In this document: positions 56,781 through 64,000 of the stretch, piece by piece
Layout of the letters: every line of letters starts with the position of its first letter
How positions within the stretch are numbered: the first letter of the stretch is position 1
Source of the DNA: Bacteroidota bacterium
GTDB taxonomy: Bacteria; Bacteroidota; Bacteroidia; AKYH767-A; OLB10
Length of the DNA stretch: 64,000 bases
NCBI GenBank assembly: GCA_018268195.1
Contig: JAFDWZ010000030.1
Location: 43,599-107,598, forward strand
Direction of reading: 5' to 3'
The notes under the pieces: model-generated
What the model saw: the letters and a program-made list of their open reading frames with translations, nothing else
Databases searched by the model: none
Told to the model about the DNA's origin: nothing
Position numbers and translations under genes: made by a program

Positions 56781-56804
56781 GGAGCCCGTAAGCTCCTTTT
56801 TTTT
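56781..56804. terminator. Bidirectional rho-independent terminator
   Basis: Stem GGAGC / GCTCC with a 6-nt loop, flanked by A6 and T8. It lies between the convergent small ORF and icd. Confidence 0.75.
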
Positions 56805-56821
56805 ATTTAATAAATCTTCTG

Positions 56822-58048
56822 TTATTTCTTCAGCTTAGCTTTCAGATTGGTATCAAGCACGCTCAGAAAATCTTCTGTATTTAAGTAGTGTTCCGGTTTG
56901 GTATCACTGCCATAAATACACACAGCAAGATCTTTGGTCATTTTTCCACTTTCTACTGTTTCCACACAAACATCTTCAAGTGCTTTTGCAAAATGAATAA
57001 GTGGTTGATTATTGTCAAGCTGACCACGGAATTCAAATCCTCTTGTCCATGCAAAAATTGAAGCGATAGGATTGGTGGAAGTAGGTTTACCTTTCTGATG
57101 ATCGCGATAGTGGCGTGTAACTGTTCCATGTGCAGCTTCAGCTTCCATTGTTTTACCATCAGGAGTAAGTAAGGTAGAAGTCATCAGTCCCAATGAACCA
57201 AAACCTTGTGCTACGGTATCGCTTTGTACATCTCCGTCATAGTTTTTACATGCCCACACGAAATTGCCATTCCATTTTAATGCACTTGCCACCATATCAT
57301 CAATCAAACGATGTTCGTAAGTGATTCCTTTGGCATCAAACTGTGCTTTAAATTCCTTTTCGAATATTGCCTGGAAAACATCTTTAAATCTTCCATCATA
57401 CTTTTTAAGAATGGTATTTTTGGTAGAAAGATAAAGTGGCCATTCTTTTTGTAATGCCACATTGAAACAAGAGCGTGCAAAGCCACTAATGGATTCATCG
57501 GTATTGTACATTGCCAATGCCACACCGTCACCTTTAAAGTTGAATACTTCATGTTCAATAACCGAACCATCTTCACCTTCAAATTTTATGGTAAGTTTAC
57601 CTTTACCTTTAGTTACAAAATCGGTAGCACGATACTGATCGCCAAAAGCATGACGGCCAATACAAATAGGTGCTGTCCAGTTAGGAACCAAACGTGGGAT
57701 ATTTTTACAAACGATAGGCTCTCTGAAAACTGTTCCGTCCAGAATGTTTCGGATTGTTCCATTGGGTGATTTCCACATCTGTTTCAGATTAAACTCCTTT
57801 ACTCGAGCTTCGTCCGGAGTAATGGTTGCGCATTTTATGCCGACATTATATTTCTTTATTGCTTCGGCAGCATCTATTGTTACCTGATCATTGGTTGCAT
57901 CGCGATGCTCTATTCCCAAATCATAATATTTAATATCCACATCCAGATAAGGAAGAATCAATCTATCCTTGATAAATTTCCAAATCACACGGGTCATCTC
58001 ATCCCCGTCAAGTTCTACCACAGGATTGTTTACTTTAATTTTTTCCAT
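56822..58048 (-). CDS. icd: NADP-dependent isocitrate dehydrogenase, eukaryote-type (subfamily II) homodimeric enzyme
   Basis: 408 aa. It aligns by eye along long stretches with cytosolic IDH1: [79 protein letters not shown]. Confidence 0.95.
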   Translation of the reverse strand: MEKIKVNNPVVELDGDEMTRVIWKFIKDRLILPYLDVDIKYYDLGIEHRDATNDQVTIDAAEAIKKYNVGIKCATITPDEARVKEFNLKQMWKSPNGTIRNILDGTVFREPIVCKNIPRLVPNWTAPICIGRHAFGDQYRATDFVTKGKGKLTIKFEGEDGSVIEHEVFNFKGDGVALAMYNTDESISGFARSCFNVALQKEWPLYLSTKNTILKKYDGRFKDVFQAIFEKEFKAQFDAKGITYEHRLIDDMVASALKWNGNFVWACKNYDGDVQSDTVAQGFGSLGLMTSTLLTPDGKTMEAEAAHGTVTRHYRDHQKGKPTSTNPIASIFAWTRGFEFRGQLDNNQPLIHFAKALEDVCVETVESGKMTKDLAVCIYGSDTKPEHYLNTEDFLSVLDTNLKAKLKK

Positions 58049-58079
58049 TTCTAAAACTTATATTTTTCTTAAACAGCCG

Positions 58080-58087
58080 CAAAAATA
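58080..58087 (-). promoter_or_regulatory. -7 box TATTTTTG upstream of icd
   Basis: Exact TAnnTTTG match on the minus strand, 32 nt upstream of the ATG at 58048. Confidence 0.4.
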
Positions 58088-58134
58088 ACATTTTAGAGAT
58101 GAGAGTATCCCATGTTTCGTGAAACTAATTAACT

Positions 58135-58476
58135 TTATTTATTCGAATATCCCGGGCTAAAAATAAACCATGCAGCAAGTATGATAAAAAGGAAACCTAC
58201 AGCATAGTTCCATGTAAATTTTTCGCCAAGATACCAGACTGAAAACACACTGAAAACAACTAAGGTAATTATTTCCTGTATGGCTTTGAGCTGTGCAACC
58301 GTAAAAATACTGCTTCCGAGACGGTTGGCGGGTACCATAAAACAATATTCCACAAAAGCTATTAGCCATGATATGATTATCACTTTCCACAGAGGCGTTT
58401 CTTTAAATTTAAGATGGCCATACCAGGCAAACGTCATAAAAATATTGGAGATAAGTAACAAAATAATTGTGCGCAT
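58135..58476 (-). CDS. DMT-superfamily small membrane protein (DUF486-like)
   Basis: 113 aa with four TM helices. The N-terminus, IILLLISNIFMTFAWYGHLKF, is typical of the DUF486 family. Confidence 0.7.
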   Translation of the reverse strand: MRTIILLLISNIFMTFAWYGHLKFKETPLWKVIIISWLIAFVEYCFMVPANRLGSSIFTVAQLKAIQEIITLVVFSVFSVWYLGEKFTWNYAVGFLFIILAAWFIFSPGYSNK

Positions 58477-58496
58477 AATGGTGATATTTTGAGCTG

Positions 58497-58504
58497 CAAA
58501 GCTA
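58497..58504 (-). promoter_or_regulatory. -7 box TAGCTTTG upstream of the DMT gene
   Basis: Exact TAnnTTTG match on the minus strand, 21 nt upstream of the ATG at 58476. The extended 12-mer TAGCTTTGCAGC is identical to the box at 58807. Confidence 0.45.
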
Positions 58505-58806
58505 TCCGAATCTTAAATTCCATAATCTTTTGCTATACATTAAAATATCAAGGATTATGAAATCTGATACCACTAAAGACATAGCGACCTGTGTAAAAAA
58601 ATTGATTCATTTTAAATATGAATTTTTAAAATCCTTAAATTTATGCATACGGCTTAACATTCATTCTTAAAACTAAATTATTAACTTTCAAATAGTTGGT
58701 CATTTTGTTTCTTCATATTGATAAAACGGAACAAAAGTGTAAAACGCAATGTCCGTGAAACATTATTAAGTTGCTGACATCCGCCATATTGAAAAACATT
58801 AATTTT

Positions 58807-58814
58807 TAGCTTTG
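58807..58814 (+). promoter_or_regulatory. -7 box TAGCTTTG upstream of the TonB-receptor-like gene
   Basis: Exact TAnnTTTG match, 19 nt upstream of the ATG at 58833. The TTG used as start by the ORF track (58812) lies inside the box. Confidence 0.45.
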
Positions 58815-58832
58815 CAGCCTTATTTAAAAAAT

Positions 58833-61619
58833 ATGAAATTTTTGATACGAAAATTAGTGCTGGCTTTGTTGATGGGATTGCCCCTGGCAGGTTGGGCACA
58901 GACGGGGAACATCAAAGGTGTTTTACTCGATGAAAAAAGCGTTCCGGTAGCTGAAGAAACTATTTTATTGAAAGGAACCAACAATCAAGCCATCACCGAC
59001 AAGGATGGTAAATTTGAAATTCAAAATGTAGCTTACGGCACTTATATATTGTCTGTACAGGATGTAACCTACAGCGGATTTTCAAAAGAAATAAAAGTAA
59101 GTGAAGCAGAAACCGATATTGGTGAAATAAAACTTAGTTTCACTCCGGGAACCCAAACCAATGAATCTGATATTCCGGTGGTGACCCTTGACGATGATGA
59201 AGTTCAATCCTCATCAGCGCAGGCCAGTGTATCGAGTGTGTTAGGTGCTGCACGTGACGCCTTTCAGTCGGCAGCAAATTTCAATTTCAGCATAGCGCAT
59301 TTCAAAACACGCGGTTACGACAGTGAACACTTCCCTACCCTGATGAACGGAATAGCAGAAGAAGATCTAACAAATGGCCGCACCGCTTATTCAAGCTGGT
59401 CAGGTTTGAATGATGTGCTTCGCTCCAGAGAATCTACTTCAGGATTGAATCCTGCAAATTATACCTTCGGAGGTATTGGAGGCTCTTATGCCATTGACTC
59501 AAGGGCGGCACGTCAGCGTAAACAGATTCAGGCAACCTATTCATTGACTAACAGAACTTACGACAACCGTTTTATGCTGACTTACGGAAGTGGATTCAAC
59601 AAAAAAGGTTGGGCTTTTGCTACATCTATCTCTAAAAGATGGGCAAAAGAAGGATATATTAAAGGAACCTACTATGATGGATTCGCCTATTATCTTGGGG
59701 TTTCAAAAATTATTGACAAACATGAAATTGACTTCACTATCTTAGGTAGTCAGTCGGAAAATGCACGTTCATCTACCAACACACAGGAGGTTTATGACAT
59801 CACAGGTGACCACTATTTTAACTCTAATTGGGGTTATCAGAATGGTAAAATAAGAAATGCCAACATCGGCAGAAATCATCAGCCTGTGTTTATTTTAAAT
59901 CATGAGTATAAACTAAGCAACTCTACTTCTTGGTTTACTTCACTTTCATTTACTACAGGCAAACGTGAAAGTACTGCGCTTAACTGGTTTGCTGCTGACC
60001 CACGTCCTACTTATTACCGCAATTTGCCTTCATGGCAAACAGACTCAACACTTGCTTCAGAAGTTTATAACACATTGAAGAATAATCCTTCGTTGCTTCA
60101 GCTCGATTGGGACAACATGCTTTTGGGTAATAGCGAAAATATCCAAACTGTTACCAATGCCAATGGAGTTGCCGGTGAAACCGTTACAGGCAAACAGGCA
60201 TTATATTTAATTGAGAACAGAATTATTCAAACCAATCGCATAAGCCTGAGCACTAACATGAATACCATTGTGAATGACAATGTGACCATCAGCAGCGGAT
60301 TATCATTTCAGAAACAAACTTCACGCTATTATAAAGTAGCTGAAGATTTACTCGGTGCTGATTTCTTTGTTGATATAGACAAATTTGCCAATCAGGATTT
60401 TCAGGATCAACAACTCAGTCAGAGTGATTTGAATAATCCTAACAGAATTGTAAAAGAAGGTGATCGTTTTGGATATGATTATGAAGCGCACATCACCCAT
60501 GCCGAAGCATGGTCGCAGGCTGTAGCCAAATATAGCAGAATAGATTTGTTCGGAGCCATAAAAGCTGCTTACACTTCAATCTATCGTCAGGGCAATTATA
60601 AAAACGGATTATTCCCTGATGACTCTTATGGTAAATCAAAAACCTACGTATTCCCTGACATCGGAATCAAAGGAGGAATCACTTATAAAATCAATGGACG
60701 TAATTATGTGTTTGCCAATGCAGGCTACATGACTCAGGCGCCTTACTTTAACAACATGTATTTGTCGCCACGCTCAAGAAGTACAGTAGTTGCAAATCCA
60801 ACAAGTGAAAAAATCAGTTCAGTAGAAGGAGGATATCTGTTTACTGCTCCTAAACTTAAAGGAAAATTAAAACTGTATTACACCAACTTCAAAGACGGAA
60901 CAGAAACCCGTTCTTACTATCTTCAGGGATTCGGAACCAACAGTTATGTAAATTATACCATGACTGATATTGAAAAAATTCACACCGGCACTGAAATTTC
61001 TGTTGATGCTAATCTGGGCATGGGCTTCTCTGCAATTGCAGTAGCTTCTATCGGTCAATACTATTACAGCAGCCGCCCCAATGCCACTATCACTGTTGAC
61101 AACACCAACACCATACAATCCAGTGGCAATGTGGTTTACATGAAAAACCTTCACGTTGACAACACTCCTCAGAATGCCTACAGCTTTGGAATAAATTATC
61201 GCTCCAAAAAATTCTGGTATGTGAATCTTAATGCCAATTATTTCACCAACATGTATGTGGATGTAACACCAGCTCGCAGAACTGCTGATGTAATTGACGG
61301 ACTTGATGAAAACAGTCAGGTGCGTGAGCAAATTCTTGGACAGCAACGTTACAACAACCAGTTCACACTCGATTTGAACGGTGGATGGTCAATGAAACTG
61401 AACAATAAAATCAAAGCACTTAAGCGTAACTCATTCTTGTTAATCAATGTCAGCATCAACAACTTGTTGGACAACAAAGACATTATCAACTATGGCTATG
61501 AGCAGGGACGTATTGACAAAGCTGCGCTTCTTACAAGAGGGGTAGACGTTTTCGCACCTAAATACAGTTATGCTTTTGGCAGAACATATATGCTCAACAT
61601 AATTTTAAGATTCAATTAA
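58833..61619 (+). CDS. TonB-dependent-receptor-like outer membrane protein with N-terminal carboxypeptidase-regulatory-like domain
   Basis: Signal peptide MKFLIRKLVLALLMGLPLAGWAQ, then a CarbopepD_reg-like module, GNIKGVLLDEKSVPV...DKDGKFEIQNVAYGTYILSV. The plug-like region reads FKTRGYDSEHFPTLMNGI...GLNDVLR. A ~700-aa barrel ends in YMLNIILRFN. Confidence 0.8.
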   Translation: MKFLIRKLVLALLMGLPLAGWAQTGNIKGVLLDEKSVPVAEETILLKGTNNQAITDKDGKFEIQNVAYGTYILSVQDVTYSGFSKEIKVSEAETDIGEIKLSFTPGTQTNESDIPVVTLDDDEVQSSSAQASVSSVLGAARDAFQSAANFNFSIAHFKTRGYDSEHFPTLMNGIAEEDLTNGRTAYSSWSGLNDVLRSRESTSGLNPANYTFGGIGGSYAIDSRAARQRKQIQATYSLTNRTYDNRFMLTYGSGFNKKGWAFATSISKRWAKEGYIKGTYYDGFAYYLGVSKIIDKHEIDFTILGSQSENARSSTNTQEVYDITGDHYFNSNWGYQNGKIRNANIGRNHQPVFILNHEYKLSNSTSWFTSLSFTTGKRESTALNWFAADPRPTYYRNLPSWQTDSTLASEVYNTLKNNPSLLQLDWDNMLLGNSENIQTVTNANGVAGETVTGKQALYLIENRIIQTNRISLSTNMNTIVNDNVTISSGLSFQKQTSRYYKVAEDLLGADFFVDIDKFANQDFQDQQLSQSDLNNPNRIVKEGDRFGYDYEAHITHAEAWSQAVAKYSRIDLFGAIKAAYTSIYRQGNYKNGLFPDDSYGKSKTYVFPDIGIKGGITYKINGRNYVFANAGYMTQAPYFNNMYLSPRSRSTVVANPTSEKISSVEGGYLFTAPKLKGKLKLYYTNFKDGTETRSYYLQGFGTNSYVNYTMTDIEKIHTGTEISVDANLGMGFSAIAVASIGQYYYSSRPNATITVDNTNTIQSSGNVVYMKNLHVDNTPQNAYSFGINYRSKKFWYVNLNANYFTNMYVDVTPARRTADVIDGLDENSQVREQILGQQRYNNQFTLDLNGGWSMKLNNKIKALKRNSFLLINVSINNLLDNKDIINYGYEQGRIDKAALLTRGVDVFAPKYSYAFGRTYMLNIILRFN

Positions 61620-61658
61620 TAAAACAAAAAATTCAATAACACGAAAATTCAAAATACA

Positions 61659-63080
61659 ATGATAAAAGCAATTAAAACGTTCACAGCCTTTGCTATTCTG
61701 GCAGTAATAGTAAGCACGGTTTCATGTGTTAAAAAAGATGATTTTGACAATGCTCCATCTACTAATGTTGATCCGGATATTACTACCAATGCTAAGGTAG
61801 CTAATGTGGTAGCTCTAATGAACCCTACCACACCACAAATGATTACTAATGATATGGTATTCTCAGCCATCGTGGTGGCTGATGATAAATCAGGCAACTA
61901 CTATAAAGAAATGATTGTACAGGACAGCACTGCAGGTATCAGTATCCTGCTTGATCAACCTTCTTACTTCACATCTTTCTTTATTGGAAGACGCGTATTT
62001 GTAAAGGCAAAAGGGCTATACATTCAATCAGTAAACGGAACGCCTAAAATAGGAGTATTAAGTAACGGTTCTGTGTCAGCTATTCCTTCAACACTTATCG
62101 GAAATTATATTGTTGGCGGTAAATGGGGACTTTCTGTAATTCCTGCAAAACGTAAACTAAATACACTTACCGATGCCGATTTGAACACATTGGTACAGTT
62201 CGACTCTGTTGGATTCAGCCCCGCTGACGTAGGGTTGACCTATGCAGATGCTGCAAATAAATTAACGGTTAACCATACGGTAAAAGATTGTAGTGGCAAT
62301 TCGCTGATTGTGCGCACAAGTGGATATGCAAATTTTGCATCTACTGTGATTCCTTGTAAAGGCGGAAATCTTACTGCTATCTATCAGAAGTATAACACCA
62401 CTGCTCAGGTTTTTCTTCGTAATGGGAATGACTTTACTGCTGATCAGGTGCGTTGCGATGGAATGGTATGTACCATCACCTATCTTAATATTGACAGTGT
62501 GAGAAATATGTTTGCTGCAGGTATCACTACTATTCCAGGTGGTATTCACATCAAAGCTACCGTTACTTCCGACTATACTACAAATGCTCTTGCAACAGGA
62601 AATATTATTTTTCAGGATGCAACAGCAGGTATCTGTGTTCGTTTTACTTCTACTCCAACTTATTCACTTGGCACACAGGTTGACCTGAATGTTGGTGGGC
62701 TTACATTGTCAGAATTTAACGGATGGTTGCAAATAAGCAATGCACCGGCAGGAACTATCATCAGCGGATTACCTCCTGTTACACCCAAGGTTGTAACCCT
62801 TGCAGATGCAACAGCCAATTTTGAGAAATACGAATCTATGTTGATTAAAGTAGTGAATGTAACCATCAACAATGGTACAGCAACCACTTATGGTGCATCA
62901 TCAGGCAAATTACCGATAAATGATGGTACTACACCTAACACTATTGTTCTTTACACCAGAAGTTCGGCAACATTTGCTACATCAGCAACGCCTACAGCTC
63001 CTGTAAGCATTACCGGAATTCTGACACAGTTTAATACCGACAAACAGTTTCAGATCAGAAACCTAAGTGATGTCCAATAA
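61659..63080 (+). CDS. Lipoprotein with two DUF5689-type (OB-like) modules
   Basis: Lipobox AVIVSTVSC. Module 1 is at about aa 65-135: FSAIVVADDKSGNYYKEMIVQDSTAGISILL...GRRVFVKAKGLYI. Module 2 is at about aa 297-362: IKATVTSDYTTNALATGNIIFQDATAGICVRF...GTQVDLNVGGLTL. It lies 39 nt downstream of the receptor-like gene. Confidence 0.75.
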   Translation: MIKAIKTFTAFAILAVIVSTVSCVKKDDFDNAPSTNVDPDITTNAKVANVVALMNPTTPQMITNDMVFSAIVVADDKSGNYYKEMIVQDSTAGISILLDQPSYFTSFFIGRRVFVKAKGLYIQSVNGTPKIGVLSNGSVSAIPSTLIGNYIVGGKWGLSVIPAKRKLNTLTDADLNTLVQFDSVGFSPADVGLTYADAANKLTVNHTVKDCSGNSLIVRTSGYANFASTVIPCKGGNLTAIYQKYNTTAQVFLRNGNDFTADQVRCDGMVCTITYLNIDSVRNMFAAGITTIPGGIHIKATVTSDYTTNALATGNIIFQDATAGICVRFTSTPTYSLGTQVDLNVGGLTLSEFNGWLQISNAPAGTIISGLPPVTPKVVTLADATANFEKYESMLIKVVNVTINNGTATTYGASSGKLPINDGTTPNTIVLYTRSSATFATSATPTAPVSITGILTQFNTDKQFQIRNLSDVQ

Positions 63081-63098
63081 TTCTTAAAATAAATTCCT

Positions 63099-63132
63099 GA
63101 CGAGGCTTTGAAAAAATTTTCAAAGCCTCGTC
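63099..63132 (+). terminator. Hairpin (weak terminator or attenuating structure) after the DUF5689 gene
   Basis: 16-bp stem GACGAGGCTTTGAAAA / TTTTCAAAGCCTCGTC with a 2-nt gap at the apex, followed only by TTGTCTTA, which is a poor U-tract. The next ATG is 21 nt downstream. Confidence 0.5.
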
Positions 63133-63152
63133 TTGTCTTATACCATATAGTT

Positions 63153-64000
63153 ATGCGAAAAATTTTATCTCTGTTAATTTCAATTGCCTTTACAATAGTA
63201 GCTAATGCGCAGGTTACTGATATTGCAACTGCACGCACTTTCCCCACAGGCACTCAGGTTACCGTTAGCGGTGTGTGCCAGAATGGGCAAGAACTTGGCA
63301 ATATTCGTTACATTAATGATGGAACAGGAAGTATTGCCGTATTCGGAACAGCTATCAGCAGCACTGTAAGAGGCGATGTAATCAGTGCTACAGGAACACT
63401 CACTGACTACTTCGGATTACTGGAAGTTTCAACCATTTCAACATGGCAGTTATTGAGCAACGGTAACAACCCTCCTACTCCAATAGTAACCACTCCCGTG
63501 CAGTTAAGCGAGAGCACCGAAAGTCACTTAGTACAAATTAACGGAGTAGTGTTTAACAATGCAGGAGGAATTTTTGCAGGTAATGCCAATTATGCTATTA
63601 CCGCCAATGGCGAAACAGGTCAGGTGCGAATTGCGGCTAACACCAATCTTGTAGGGACAACAATACCTACAGGTGCAGTGAGTTTAGTTGCTGTTTGCAG
63701 TCAGTACCAAACTATTTATCAGTTGTTACCGAGAGATCTTAACGATATTTTTCTTTCATCACAGTTTTATATAACCAACCCTCCCTCACAAAATAACCTC
63801 AGTACTTCAGGATTTGATGTTAACTGGGAAACCAATCTTTCAGGATCTACCTTTATTAAATACGGCATCACTCCTTCTCTCGAATTAGGAATTTTAAATG
63901 GTGCAGGCGGCAGCACAAATCATACAGTTGCTATTACCGGTGCAGCACCATCACAGGTTTATTATGTTCAGGCATTTTCAGTAAACGGAAATGATACCGC
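63153..64000 (+). CDS. Secreted protein, N-terminal part: DUF5689-like OB module then Fn3-like module (continues beyond the window)
   Basis: Translated by hand from ATG 63153 with no stop to the window end. The signal peptide is MRKILSLLISIAFTIVANAQ. The OB-like module reads VTVSGVCQNGQELGNIRYINDGTGSIAVFG...GDVISATGTLTDYFGLLEV. The Fn3-like module reads LSTSGFDVNWETNLSGSTFIKYG...VYYVQAFSVNG. Confidence 0.7.
   Translation, partial: MRKILSLLISIAFTIVANAQVTDIATARTFPTGTQVTVSGVCQNGQELGNIRYINDGTGSIAVFGTAISSTVRGDVISATGTLTDYFGLLEVSTISTWQLLSNGNNPPTPIVTTPVQLSESTESHLVQINGVVFNNAGGIFAGNANYAITANGETGQVRIAANTNLVGTTIPTGAVSLVAVCSQYQTIYQLLPRDLNDIFLSSQFYITNPPSQNNLSTSGFDVNWETNLSGSTFIKYGITPSLELGILNGAGGSTNHTVAITGAAPSQVYYVQAFSVNGNDT

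Noticed and set aside
58477-58832. A long intergenic region upstream of a TonB-receptor-like gene, checked for a riboswitch (cobalamin or TPP). It also contains a 37-codon ORF (58557-58670) and a 72-aa antisense ORF (58681-58899).
   Set aside because: I found no B12-box-like or CTGAGA/ACCTGA TPP core motifs, and the region is very AT-rich with little stem potential. The small ORFs have no supporting signal. The 72-aa ORF overlaps the promoter and start of the receptor gene.

Overview
The window looks like a chromosomal segment of a Bacteroidota genome. The evidence is type-A and type-B T9SS C-terminal sorting domains, SprB repeats, a PorP/SprF gene, TAnnTTTG -7 promoter boxes, little Shine-Dalgarno signal, and roughly 40% GC by eye. 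I support about 41 protein-coding genes and one tRNA-Asp(GTC). I saw no rRNA, CRISPR array, transposase, integrase or phage genes. Housekeeping content: uppS-bamA-skp-skp envelope cluster, cyanophycin synthetase, korAB 2-oxoacid:ferredoxin oxidoreductase, eukaryote-type NADP isocitrate dehydrogenase, dnaX, an RsmB/F-like methyltransferase and a universal stress protein. Accessory and surface content: (i) a 3974-aa adhesin with 41 tandem SprB-type repeats, co-transcribed with its own PorP/SprF and a TPR/propeller/OmpA protein; (ii) a three-gene operon ending in a T9SS type-A cargo with 8 CUB-like modules, divergent from a TPR-LytS/LytTR two-component system; (iii) a 742-aa type-B cargo next to a Y_Y_Y-propeller kinase and a REC-PAS-LytTR regulator; (iv) a TonB-receptor-like gene followed by two secreted proteins that share an OB-like DUF5689-type module. 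The best candidates for uncharacterised biology are (i), (ii) and (iv), plus an A10 slippery run in dnaX with immediate stops in both alternative frames. All functional calls rest on motif recognition by eye. No database search was run.
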